Shown here in pieces: positions 17,601-26,233 of a stretch of DNA of 47,379 nucleotides. This stretch comes from Fidelibacterota bacterium (GTDB lineage: Bacteria > Fidelibacterota > Marinisomatia > Marinisomatales > TCS55). A program made the translations under genes and the position numbers. The DNA is taken from the NCBI GenBank assembly GCA_045569095.1, contig JBJKZU010000089.1, positions 1 through 47,379 of the forward strand, read 5' to 3'. A model generated the notes under the pieces. That model saw only the letters and a program-made list of their open reading frames with translations. It did not search any database and was not told where the DNA came from. Every line of letters starts with the position of its first letter. Position 1 is the first letter of the stretch.

Positions 17601-17906
17601 GATTTCCATCTTGAAATTCACAGTGGTAGTGCGGTCGGCGTTAACGCGGATATCTGTAATTGTAATCGTTTTATAGCCAATATAAGATGCACTGATAGTA
17701 TATGACGCTGCTGGTACATTCAGAATGATGTAGTTACCTTCCATATCCGATGCGCTACCAATACTGCTGCCTTTTAAAAGGATATTGACACCAAATAATG
17801 CTTCGCCTGTCTCTGTATCGGTAATTTGGCCGACAATTTTACCGGTATCGCCGGCAAATAACATGGATACCCAAAGAAATGAGACAATAAATAGTTTTAT
17901 TTTCAT
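14682..17906 (-). CDS. TonB-dependent outer-membrane receptor with an N-terminal CarboxypepD_reg domain
   Basis: Signal peptide, CarboxypepD_reg-like beta-sandwich (GKIVGQITDTETGEALFGVNILLKGS...GNYIILNVPAASYTISASYIGY), plug motifs (IHLRGGRSGEISYLVDGF, ITGAFNAEYGKAMSGIVNIVTKEG) and a long beta-barrel. Confidence 0.85.
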   Translation of the reverse strand: MKIKLFIVSFLWVSMLFAGDTGKIVGQITDTETGEALFGVNILLKGSSIGSASDMEGNYIILNVPAASYTISASYIGYKTITITDIRVNADRTTTVNFKMEISAVEGEEVIVEAKRPAIVRDQTASTTTIEDDDIVNMPVNSFDEIINTMAGVVENENDNSGIHLRGGRSGEISYLVDGFLIENALYGGMSMDIAKDAISELSLITGAFNAEYGKAMSGIVNIVTKEGTPNYHAGVTTASDQFGGNSNNWGTSRNIINVSGPVFPGIGSIANFNFTADFNESKGNLWKNQLPRDVLTVDVDNDGMYDAGEDTYAMADITSNGISDSVELKKGAWEETGTFNEYQRITGKLVIKPIKNAKLTLGTNLYQSKGKGFSMSYRQLPGRYSTSYGTTEQTHFKLNYAITENMFFTLKGQNYSRNSHNGYKPLLNKKHELWGEEVSIPSDWEGYIPGTVTAGDNMNWLSYYAEPYADYNGDGQYSPFGSAEYWKDSNNNGTWDDGEYYNDWDGDGLWTIFRDENDDGIPDQEDYEDVDGNGEYSVGVDPILREGDAYDGTSNYEFYGSYPVVNFYGDTIRPGYSTYHHYQWYGTSYSEFGAELTWQVNDVHQIKTGFDRKNHEISNFSGSSIGGGPFGNTSDPSWIMYEFKPEESSFYIQDKMEYKEFIINVGLRLDGLNPNSRYPEPSRTPLYEYDGQTYEPSDLSQLTQDQMEDADWGYAELDDDGNPKRDSDGNYIFEAAKKASHKQKWSPRIGFGYPITDNIAFHASYGHFFDYPNLSNAYSYTNTNGGGGLAPGLTGINIDNFNFGNTYAPFPVNTADFYIPTIGSPNVKPERTVQYEFGFRAHLVETYILSLTIYYKDIYDLIASTIYDANPSQYALYENHDYANSRGFELELRQSFKNNLAWYLNYTLSRAEGSAPNESFHWDVAYLASVYGWHDYNRTFTMSWDQTHVINYGVDYRHPKGFGLNIIGNYGSGLPYTPTDARGRPIDDPYSARMPSTAIVNMRAYYDIPLKLANLRLYADIDNVLDNSNVNNVFSDTGTPTESTNPNTSPMWMYRPYFWKAPRHIEIGITVRL
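16272..16505 (-). other. cluster of EF-hand-like DxDxDG calcium-binding loops inserted in the receptor barrel (aa ~468-545)
   Basis: DYNGDGQYS, DSNNNGTWDDGE, DWDGDGLW, DENDDGIPDQED, DVDGNGEYS. One further loop, DVDNDGMYDAGE, lies at aa 299-310 (16971-17018). Confidence 0.6.
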
Positions 17907-18059
17907 GGTCGCGTTTCCTCCAGCTTTTAATTTTATAAATATTTATGATAATATAATAAATACACTCGTAACAAGATACACAGATTTAATAAACATTCAC
18001 ATTGAGGAAATGACACTCTTGATGTAAGTTTAACAAGAAATTCTTTTGGGGAGAAAACT

Positions 18060-19769
18060 ATGAGTAAGAAAAACGGAACAGGGAAACAACAATCAGTCCT
18101 ATTGTCGCAAGCGGAGATCAGTAAGTTGCTTGAAACAATACCATCTAATCTACGAGGTTATATTGATAGCTTACAAAATCAAATATCCAACATGTCTGCT
18201 ATTGGGCTAGCCCTTTCAAAAGAAAAGGATATGGATAAACTATTGGAAATGATCTTACTTGAAGCGAAACGTATTTCTAATGCTGATGGGGGCACCTTAT
18301 ACATGATGACTGATGATCAACGGTTAAAATTTTCCATTATGATTACTGATTCACTCAATATCCATATGGGTGGCACCTCTGGGAAAGAAATTCCTTTTTA
18401 CCCGGTAAAATTGTATATGGATGATGGCAAACCAAATAAGACCATGATTGCCGCAAATGCAGGTTTAACAGGATATACAATTAATATACCTGACGCCTAT
18501 AAGGCTAAGGGGTACGATTTTGCCGGTACAAAAGCTTTTGATGATAAAACTGGCTATCGGTCAAAATCATTTTTAACTGTACCGCTAAAAAATCACGAAG
18601 ATGAAATTATTGGTGTACTGCAATTATTGAATGCCCAAGATATTAAAACAAAAAAAGTGATACCTTTTTCAGAAGGTGTTCAAAAAAGTGTGGAAGCACT
18701 TTCCAGTCAGGCTGCAGTAGCGATCACTAATAAAAACCTAATCAAAGATCTTGAAGTATTATTCGAATCTTTCATCAAGTTGATTGCGTCGGCCATAGAT
18801 GCGAAATCACCCTATACAGGTGGTCATTGTTCTAGGGTTCCTGAAATAACTATGATGCTGGCAGAATCAGTAAATGAGATAAATGATGGTCCTTTTGCTG
18901 GTATACAGTTTACGGATAAGGAAATGTACGAATTGAAAATTGCGGCCTGGCTTCATGATTGTGGTAAAGTGGCTACACCAGAGGCTGTAGTTGACAAAGG
19001 AACAAAGCTGGAAACGATCTATGATCGTATACATACTGTAGCAACGAGATTTGAAGTACTAAAACGAGACGAGGAAATAAAATATTTGAAAAAGCAGCTT
19101 AAGATTCAAAAAGATGATTCCTTGATTGAAAATCAAAAGAAAGATGCCTTGAAAAAAGCAAGGACACTCTATCTGAAAAGAATCAAACAACAGGATGATG
19201 ATAAGGCGTTTATCGAGGAATCAAATGTTGGTGGTGAGTTCATGTCACAGGATCGTAAAGATAGGGTTAATAAGATAGCCTCATATCGTTGGAAGGATAA
19301 TGGTAGCCTAAAACCGTTTTTTTCCGAGGATGAGATATACAACCTTTGTATTAGCAGGGGAACGCTTACACCAGAAGAAAGAAAAATTATCAATGATCAC
19401 ATAGTTGTCACCATTGATATGCTGGAACAATTACCATATCCGAAGCATCTGCGCAATGTACCAGAATTTGCTGGTGGTCATCATGAAAAGCTGGATGGGA
19501 CTGGGTATCCAAAAGGGTTGAACCATTCTGAAATGTCTGTCCAGGCGAAAATTATGGCCATAGCCGATATTTTTGAAGCACTAACTGCCCGCGATAGACC
19601 ATATAAAAAAGGGAAAACTTTAAGTCAAGCAATGCGAATACTTGGTTTCATGAAAAATGATGCCCATATCGATACGGAATTATTTGAGGTATTTGTGAAG
19701 GAAAAAATATATCTGAAATACGCAGAAAGTTTTTTAGATCCTGAACAAATTGATAAAGTAGAATTATAA
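18060..19769 (+). CDS. GAF domain + HD-GYP domain protein (probable c-di-GMP phosphodiesterase)
   Basis: GAF-like N-terminal half, then HD motif WLHDCGK and GGHHEKLDGTGYPKGL. A GGGGAG Shine-Dalgarno lies 6 nt upstream of the ATG. Confidence 0.85.
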   Translation: MSKKNGTGKQQSVLLSQAEISKLLETIPSNLRGYIDSLQNQISNMSAIGLALSKEKDMDKLLEMILLEAKRISNADGGTLYMMTDDQRLKFSIMITDSLNIHMGGTSGKEIPFYPVKLYMDDGKPNKTMIAANAGLTGYTINIPDAYKAKGYDFAGTKAFDDKTGYRSKSFLTVPLKNHEDEIIGVLQLLNAQDIKTKKVIPFSEGVQKSVEALSSQAAVAITNKNLIKDLEVLFESFIKLIASAIDAKSPYTGGHCSRVPEITMMLAESVNEINDGPFAGIQFTDKEMYELKIAAWLHDCGKVATPEAVVDKGTKLETIYDRIHTVATRFEVLKRDEEIKYLKKQLKIQKDDSLIENQKKDALKKARTLYLKRIKQQDDDKAFIEESNVGGEFMSQDRKDRVNKIASYRWKDNGSLKPFFSEDEIYNLCISRGTLTPEERKIINDHIVVTIDMLEQLPYPKHLRNVPEFAGGHHEKLDGTGYPKGLNHSEMSVQAKIMAIADIFEALTARDRPYKKGKTLSQAMRILGFMKNDAHIDTELFEVFVKEKIYLKYAESFLDPEQIDKVEL

Positions 19770-19813
19770 TAATTATTTTGCTTTCCGCTTAAATATATCC
19801 AGGTGACATTATT

Positions 19814-21622
19814 ATGAGTATCGATATTATTATTGTACTATTTATCATTCTATTAGCCTTTATACTTTTTGTAAGTGAAGCATTGCCAATAGATGTAGTC
19901 GCTTTAACGGTACTCAGCATGCTTCTTATTACCGGTCAACTCACCCCTGGTGAAGGTATTTCTGGTTTCTCCAATCCAGCTGTAATTACTATTGCTATTC
20001 TCTTTGTATTAAGTCATGCTCTGCAAAAAACAGGAGTGCTGGAATACCTTGTGATAAAAATAAACCAGCTTGTAAGCAAATCACTTGTTATTGGACTGGC
20101 AGTTTATTTGATATGCATTGCCCTAGCATCCGCTTTAGTTAATAATACTGCCATTGTCGCTATTTTCATGCCGGTAACAATTCGGATGGCAGAAAAATAC
20201 CATATCAGCCCATCCAAAGTATTAATGCCGTTAAGTTATGCTGCTATTTTGGGTGGCACGCTTACATTGATTGGGACATCAACAAATTTGCTGGTGAATT
20301 CCATCTTTGTAAATAGTGGACCATATACGCCATTGGGAATGTTTGAATTTTCAAAATATGGAATTTTCCTTTTGGTGGTTGGTCTTACATATGTTTTGTT
20401 AATCGCCTACCGTATCTTGCCGTCTCGGACAGTAACTTCAAGTTTAACGAAAAGTTATCACATGGGTGGTTATTTAACTGAATTAAAAATTGGAGATGAT
20501 TCACCATTGGTGGGTGGTACTACCCTTGATCGCCAGATAAGCCAAAATTATGATGTTACTATATTAGGTATTCAGAGGAATAAAAAGATTTTCTCCACAA
20601 ATTTAAGAGAAACACCGTTAGAAGCAGGGGACATTATTTTGGTTCGCGGTTCAGTAGAAAATTTTTTCAGGATGAAGGAAGTTGAACAAGTATACATGCT
20701 CACAGATGAAAAATTAAACCAGGAAGAATTAACAAAAGAGGAAAATCTCTTGGTGGAGTGCCTGGTAACCAATCAATCAGACCTAGTGGGTCAATCTCTA
20801 AAAGCAGCAAATTTTCGTCGTCGTTTTGGCAGTTTTGTTCTGGCCATTAGGCGGGAGGGAGATATTCTACGCAAAAAAATAGCCCATGTTATCCTTCGCG
20901 CTTTTGATACACTTCTTGTATACGGTCCAAGCGAAAAAATAAGAGAGATGCGTGATTCCGGTGGATTTATTTTACTTACGGAAGTAGATAGATCATTACG
21001 AAAACACCGTTTTTGGTGGTTGAGTATAGTGGTTATAATAGGAGTAGTATTTTTAGCAGCGTTATCCCTTGTCCCCATTTTAAAAGGTGTAATAATTGGT
21101 ATGGCAATTTTACTTGTTGCCCGAGTAATTTCACCACTAGAGGCATATAATTCTATTAATTGGCAAATAATAGTTTTAATTGGATGCCTGATTCCTTTAG
21201 GTATTGCGATTCAGTCCAGTGGTACAGCAAAACTAATAGGAGATACAATGGTCAATCTTTTACGATTTGTACCTGACCATCAGCAAGCGATCTTTCTTCT
21301 AGCAATGGTATATTTAGTTGCAATGATTCTCACAGAAGTTTCTTCAAATGCAGCTACGGCCATCATCATGACCCCGATCACAATAGCAGCTTCAACAAAT
21401 CTTGGCCTAGATCCACGTCCATTTATTTTTGCAATATGTTTTGCAGCATCTGCATCCTTCATTACTCCCATTGGTTACCAAACCAATCTGATGGTTTATG
21501 GTCCTGGGGGGTACAAATTTTCTGACTACATTCGTGTGGGACTACCGTTATCAATCACTTTATGGGTAATGGCAGTGATACTTATACCTATACTGTGGCC
21601 ATTTACGCCTGCATCCTGGTAA
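19814..21622 (+). CDS. SLC13/DASS-family anion:sodium symporter with two central TrkA-C (RCK_C) domains
   Basis: 602 aa. Two multi-TM halves flank two TrkA-C-like repeats (ELKIGDDSPLVGGTTL... and VECLVTNQSDLVGQSL...). Confidence 0.8.
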   Translation: MSIDIIIVLFIILLAFILFVSEALPIDVVALTVLSMLLITGQLTPGEGISGFSNPAVITIAILFVLSHALQKTGVLEYLVIKINQLVSKSLVIGLAVYLICIALASALVNNTAIVAIFMPVTIRMAEKYHISPSKVLMPLSYAAILGGTLTLIGTSTNLLVNSIFVNSGPYTPLGMFEFSKYGIFLLVVGLTYVLLIAYRILPSRTVTSSLTKSYHMGGYLTELKIGDDSPLVGGTTLDRQISQNYDVTILGIQRNKKIFSTNLRETPLEAGDIILVRGSVENFFRMKEVEQVYMLTDEKLNQEELTKEENLLVECLVTNQSDLVGQSLKAANFRRRFGSFVLAIRREGDILRKKIAHVILRAFDTLLVYGPSEKIREMRDSGGFILLTEVDRSLRKHRFWWLSIVVIIGVVFLAALSLVPILKGVIIGMAILLVARVISPLEAYNSINWQIIVLIGCLIPLGIAIQSSGTAKLIGDTMVNLLRFVPDHQQAIFLLAMVYLVAMILTEVSSNAATAIIMTPITIAASTNLGLDPRPFIFAICFAASASFITPIGYQTNLMVYGPGGYKFSDYIRVGLPLSITLWVMAVILIPILWPFTPASW

Positions 21623-21676
21623 ATTTGTAGTCCTTTTTTATTCTATCATTTGAATAATAAGTCTTAATTAGTATTC

Positions 21677-23074
21677 GTGGATTCTGTGCAAAAAGAAGGT
21701 TCTCGCCTCAATAAATTTCTAAACAATCCATCAAAAGCGTTGTGGACATTGGCCATCCCTATCATGGCTGGTATGGGTATACAGACATTGTATAACATTG
21801 TAGATATGATATTCATTGGTCGCTTAGGTGGCGAAGCAATCGCAGGGATAGCTTTTAACATGCCTCTATTTTTTCTTGTTCTGGGTCTTACAATGGGCTT
21901 AGGAACTGGTGTAACAGCATCGATCGCTAGGTTTATTGGTAAGGATAATAAAGCTGGTGCAGATAATAGTGCGGAACACGCTGTGGCTATGGCTTTATTT
22001 TTTAGCGTATTGTTATCTTCGCTAGGTTTAGTATTTGGTAAACAGATCTTATCTTCATTTGGTGCCCAAGGAGAAATCCTTTTTCTCGGTTGGGATTATC
22101 TTCAGGTAATGTGTATAGGTATGCCTTTTATGATATTCTCTGGATTTTTTCGTTCCATATTGGCAGGTGAGGGCGATATGAAATTACCAATGATAGTGGC
22201 AGGTCTTGGTACAATACTAAATATTATACTAGATCCGATCTTTATATTCAATCTAGATAATTATGGTGGTATCGGTTTTGGAATGGGTGTTAAGGGAGCG
22301 GCTTTAGCGACTGTTATTAGTCAGAGTATAGTTTTTTGTGTATTCATATATATGTTATTTATTAAAGAACATGCGTACATCACATTCCGCTTAAAAGTTT
22401 TTTCACCATCCCGATTTATTTTACAGGATATTATTAAAGTAGGTTTACCAGCATCACTATCAATGGTTGTAATGGCGGTTGGCCAAGGTGTCTTTAATAA
22501 AATATTAATCCATTTTTCAGCTGACACTGTTGCGGCATACCAAGTGGCTGGACGAATAGATATGCTCGTATTTTTACCAATATTTTCAATCGCTGCAGCC
22601 CTAACAACTCTCGTAGGAATGTTTTTTGGTGCAAAGGAATACGATGAACTGCGCTATATAGTTCGATATGGTATTTCCTCAGCATTTGGAATAACCGTTA
22701 TTTTATCAGTGTTGCTTTATTTGTTTGCCCCTAATGTTATTGGCTTTTTCACTAATGATCAGGTAATTATATCTGTAGCTGTTACCTTTTTAAAGTTATT
22801 TGCATTTGTTTACCCTTTGATTGCGGTCGGTATTTCCACAGGCCGGGTCCTGCAGGGTTTGGGTAAAGGATTACCCGTATTAGTAATCACCATCATTCGT
22901 GTACTTGGTGTTTCAGCGCCCCTTGCTTTATTATTTGTCTTTCAAATGAATAAACCTGTTGAATGGGTCTGGTATGCGATGATGATTTCAACTGGAGTAG
23001 CATTTATTATTGCTTGTTACTGGCTTATAACAGCAATGAGAAATTTACCCAAAATGAAAAGGAGACCGACATGA
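21677..23074 (+). CDS. MATE family efflux transporter
   Basis: 465 aa, 12 TM helices, with the N-terminal signature ALWTLAIPIMAGMGIQTLYNIVDMIFIGRLG. GTG start. Confidence 0.85.
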   Translation: MDSVQKEGSRLNKFLNNPSKALWTLAIPIMAGMGIQTLYNIVDMIFIGRLGGEAIAGIAFNMPLFFLVLGLTMGLGTGVTASIARFIGKDNKAGADNSAEHAVAMALFFSVLLSSLGLVFGKQILSSFGAQGEILFLGWDYLQVMCIGMPFMIFSGFFRSILAGEGDMKLPMIVAGLGTILNIILDPIFIFNLDNYGGIGFGMGVKGAALATVISQSIVFCVFIYMLFIKEHAYITFRLKVFSPSRFILQDIIKVGLPASLSMVVMAVGQGVFNKILIHFSADTVAAYQVAGRIDMLVFLPIFSIAAALTTLVGMFFGAKEYDELRYIVRYGISSAFGITVILSVLLYLFAPNVIGFFTNDQVIISVAVTFLKLFAFVYPLIAVGISTGRVLQGLGKGLPVLVITIIRVLGVSAPLALLFVFQMNKPVEWVWYAMMISTGVAFIIACYWLITAMRNLPKMKRRPT

Positions 23075-23352
23075 GTCTTTTAAGTAATGAACAAATAAAT
23101 CATGAACTAATTGAATTAAATGGCTGGGTGTTTAAAGATGATGTGATTACCAAAACCTACAGTTTTGATACATATATGGATGGCATAGGATTTGTAATCC
23201 GGTTAGCAGAAAAAGCTGAAGAAGTTAATCATCATCCAGAGATCCAAGTTGGCTGGTGCACAGTATCTGTTTCTTTTACTTCGCATGATAAGGGGGGTGT
23301 AACTACAGCTTGTGTTAGTATGGCTCAAGCTACGGAGAAATTATCTCATTGA
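23071..23352 (+). CDS. pterin-4a-carbinolamine dehydratase (PCD/DCoH family)
   Basis: 93 aa with the family HHPE motif (EEVNHHPEIQVGW). The ATG at 23071 overlaps the MATE stop (ATGA). The longer N-terminus in the ORF track lies inside the MATE gene. Confidence 0.8.
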   Translation: MSLLSNEQINHELIELNGWVFKDDVITKTYSFDTYMDGIGFVIRLAEKAEEVNHHPEIQVGWCTVSVSFTSHDKGGVTTACVSMAQATEKLSH

Positions 23353-23455
23353 AATAAGTATAATTAGCTTGTAGAACCACTGTTTAACTTTCGCAGCTGA
23401 TAATTCAATTAATGAGAATAGATTTGTAAATTAATCCTTATTTCTAGATTAGCAT

Positions 23456-23905
23456 ATGTCGGGCGATAATATAATAAGACGTGAATATGAATCTGACTAT
23501 GAGGTCAGTTATGAAAAAGTTAAAGAATATGTGCGTGTATTGGATGATAATAATCCCTATTATACAGATCGTGAATTTGTAAAATCCCTTGATGGCGGGC
23601 ATCCATTTGCACCCCCTACATTTGCTGCGATTTATTGTCAGCCAGCGCTGGAACATCTTTATTTCGACCCTGAATTCTCAAAATTGGTACCCCGTTTAGT
23701 TCATGGTGAACAGGAATATCATTTTTATGAGCCTGTGCGTGCAGGAGATATAATTCATACAAATGCAGTTATAGATAAAAATTATACTAAAACTAACCAG
23801 GCCGGTAAAGTCCATCGAATATTCGAGATCAAGACCAAATCAATTAATCAAGATAATAAACTAGTTTGTACCGGTCTTTATACGTTATTAATTAGAGGGG
23901 AATGA
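23456..23905 (+). CDS. MaoC-like hot-dog protein, N-terminal-type (non-catalytic) hydratase subunit
   Basis: 149 aa with a hot-dog-fold pattern (VHGEQEYHFYEPVRAGD). It is paired with the following MaoC gene by an ATGA overlap. Confidence 0.65.
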   Translation: MSGDNIIRREYESDYEVSYEKVKEYVRVLDDNNPYYTDREFVKSLDGGHPFAPPTFAAIYCQPALEHLYFDPEFSKLVPRLVHGEQEYHFYEPVRAGDIIHTNAVIDKNYTKTNQAGKVHRIFEIKTKSINQDNKLVCTGLYTLLIRGE

Positions 23906-24255
23906 TGGCTAAGAAAAAACAATCAAAATCAATAATTGGAAAATATATGCCTTACTATTATGCTGGCGCCAGCCTGGATTTTAATCTTATCCATATCGAT
24001 CAGGATTATGCCAAGGCCAATGGATTGCCTGGTATAATACTACAGGGCATGTGTACCATGGCATTAACCGCTAAACATCTTATTGATAAGGGGGATCCTG
24101 CACAACTAGGCACAATTAAAGTGCGTTTTCTGAATCCCGTCATGCCCGAAGATGAGCTAGTCTTTGATAGTATTACCAATGGACCTGATGTTTCTGTAAT
24201 TGTGAAAAATCAAAATGGTGGTAGGGTGCTTAAAGGAAAAGCTACACTAAAATGA
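23902..24255 (+). CDS. MaoC-type (R)-specific enoyl-CoA hydratase catalytic subunit
   Basis: 117 aa with a hydratase-2-like motif (SLDFNLIHIDQDYAKANGLPGIILQG) retaining the Asp and His. A GAGGGG Shine-Dalgarno lies upstream. Confidence 0.7.
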   Translation: MMAKKKQSKSIIGKYMPYYYAGASLDFNLIHIDQDYAKANGLPGIILQGMCTMALTAKHLIDKGDPAQLGTIKVRFLNPVMPEDELVFDSITNGPDVSVIVKNQNGGRVLKGKATLK

Positions 24256-25181
24256 CTGATCTGTTGTCAGGATTAACCCAAGAGATAATTAGTGGTATTG
24301 CATTGGGCTCTATCTATGCGCTTATAGCTTTGGGTTTTACCATGATCTACAAGGCCACCGAAGTCGTCAACTTTGCTCAGGGTGAACTTATGATGGTGGG
24401 GGCCTATATGAATTTTTTCTTTGTGACTACATTTTTATCTGCTGCGGGAACACCTACTCCGTGGACATTCTTGGTGGCCTTAGGTGGTAGTATGATATTT
24501 TCTGTATTGTTTGGCTATATATTAGATTTTATCATTAATAAGCCATTAAAAGATGAACCGATATTTTCCATAATTATGGCTACTCTTAGTTTGGCAATAA
24601 TTATTCGCGCTTTAGTAGCAATAATTGCGGGACCCATCAGTCTAGTGCCATTTTCTCCATTTGGAGACAGCGCAATTTCGTTCGGTAACATTGTTGTATC
24701 TGTTCTTGATCTATTTATTATTGGCAGCGCTATTGGATTGGTCATCATTTTTTACTATATCTTTCATTATACACGGTGGGGAATAGCCATGCAGGCCACT
24801 TCGGAAGATCCGATAGCGGCACAGTTGATGGGTATCCCGATTAAGCGCGTCTATGCATCGGTTTGGATTTTCTCTGCTATAGTTGCTACACTCAGCGGTA
24901 TCCTGTTGGCACCAAGAATTGCGTTACTAGATACAACCATGGGCTTCCTAGGGTTGAAAGCATTCCCAGCAGCTGTTTTGGGTGGTTTTGGTTCGATTCC
25001 TGGAGCCATAGTTGGTGGTGTTATATTAGGAGTAATCGAGACAGTTAGCATGGGGACACTGTCGTTCCACTTTCAATGGATTAAAGAGATCAATGACATT
25101 ATTCCCTGGATCGTACTTATAGCTGTGTTAATGATTAAGCCTGATGGTCTTTTTGGTGTTGAGAAAGTGAAAAAGGTCTAA
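24252..25181 (+). CDS. livH: Liv-type ABC transporter permease (LivH family)
   Basis: 309 aa, multi-TM, with a LivH-type N-terminus (GIALGSIYALIALGFTMIYKATEVVNFAQGE). ATGA overlap with the MaoC gene. Confidence 0.85.
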   Translation: MTDLLSGLTQEIISGIALGSIYALIALGFTMIYKATEVVNFAQGELMMVGAYMNFFFVTTFLSAAGTPTPWTFLVALGGSMIFSVLFGYILDFIINKPLKDEPIFSIIMATLSLAIIIRALVAIIAGPISLVPFSPFGDSAISFGNIVVSVLDLFIIGSAIGLVIIFYYIFHYTRWGIAMQATSEDPIAAQLMGIPIKRVYASVWIFSAIVATLSGILLAPRIALLDTTMGFLGLKAFPAAVLGGFGSIPGAIVGGVILGVIETVSMGTLSFHFQWIKEINDIIPWIVLIAVLMIKPDGLFGVEKVKKV

Positions 25182-26212
25182 TGAAGGGTCGCTACGAAGA
25201 TGAAAACCTATACTGGATCCCAGTATTAATTATATTTGTGTTTTTACTACCCTTTATCTTAAAAGGGTTATCCTTTAGTTATAAATATTACCTGTTCGTG
25301 CTGAATATGGCTGGTATTTACATCATCCTTAATGTAGGATTAGATCTGTTAAGTGGTTTTACTGGATTGGTATCTTTGGGGCACGCTGCGTTTCTCGCTG
25401 TTGGTGCCTATACATCTGCTATACTGGTGGATCAATTTGGCGTACCATTTGCGTTTTCATTAATAATATCGCCGCTGATTGCTGGGTTATTTGGTTTTGT
25501 TATTGGTTTTCCTGCATTGCGAATTACAGGAATGTACTTAGGGCTCACAACTATGGGATTTGGATTCATTGTTAAGCGAATGATTATTTCTTTTCGCGAA
25601 TGGACACATGGTTCTGGAGGATTGGACGTATCATCCCCTATGCTATTCGGATACACTATTAAATCTGATTGGAATAATTACTTTTTAATTTACACATTTG
25701 TTGTAATTGCGGTAGTAGTGGGCCGCCGAATTGCTAAATCAAAAATTGGCCGCGCCTTCATGGCCATTCGTGATTCAGAACAAGCCGCAGAGGCCGCAGG
25801 AATCAATTTGGCCAAATACAAAATGCTGGCTTTCTTTATCTCAGGTATTTTTGCTGGATTTGCTGGTGTTCTATTTGCCCACACAAGCTCATTTATTTCA
25901 ACGGACCATTTTGATATTTTGTTATCAATATATTTTATAATCATGGTATTAGTGGGTGGTGCCAGTTCCATTTATGGTGCTGTATTGGGGACATTATTTA
26001 TTGTCCTGTTGGATAATCTATTTGTGCCTTTACTTGAAGACCAAATTCACTTTTGGTTCAATACACAAACAGGAGATATTCAATCACTCATTTTCGGACT
26101 TATTATGTTTTTGTTTATTATATTCCAGCCTATGGGATTATACGGTATGTGGCTGAAAATACGCATATATTGGAAGTTATTTCCCTTTAATCCGAGGCAA
26201 CGTTTTACATAA
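25181..26212 (+). CDS. livM: Liv-type ABC transporter permease (LivM family)
   Basis: 343 aa, multi-TM, with LivM-type motifs (GLVSLGHAAFLAVGAY, AIRDSEQAAEAAGIN). TAATG overlap with livH. Confidence 0.85.
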   Translation: MKGRYEDENLYWIPVLIIFVFLLPFILKGLSFSYKYYLFVLNMAGIYIILNVGLDLLSGFTGLVSLGHAAFLAVGAYTSAILVDQFGVPFAFSLIISPLIAGLFGFVIGFPALRITGMYLGLTTMGFGFIVKRMIISFREWTHGSGGLDVSSPMLFGYTIKSDWNNYFLIYTFVVIAVVVGRRIAKSKIGRAFMAIRDSEQAAEAAGINLAKYKMLAFFISGIFAGFAGVLFAHTSSFISTDHFDILLSIYFIIMVLVGGASSIYGAVLGTLFIVLLDNLFVPLLEDQIHFWFNTQTGDIQSLIFGLIMFLFIIFQPMGLYGMWLKIRIYWKLFPFNPRQRFT

Positions 26213-26233
26213 TAATAAAAGGGAGGAGGAATT

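Noticed and set aside
12219-17705. A dozen 60-108-aa ORFs in other frames inside the 1,045-aa gene and the TonB-receptor gene (for example 13956-14342, 15378-15809, 16313-16513, 16816-17705).
   Set aside because: All are embedded in long, motif-supported CDSs on the same or the opposite strand. I treat them as shadows.
18002-18030. Possible sigma-70-like promoter TTGAGG-17 nt-TAAGTT upstream of the HD-GYP gene in the divergent intergenic region.
   Set aside because: It is a weak match in AT-rich DNA, where such hexamers arise by chance. FCB-group promoters often follow a different consensus. It cannot be supported without transcript 5-prime-end data.
22963-23070. ORF-track N-terminal extension of the pterin dehydratase (start at 22963).
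   Set aside because: The extension lies inside the MATE gene and adds 36 non-homologous residues. The ATG at 23071 gives a normal-length PCD and an ATGA coupling junction.
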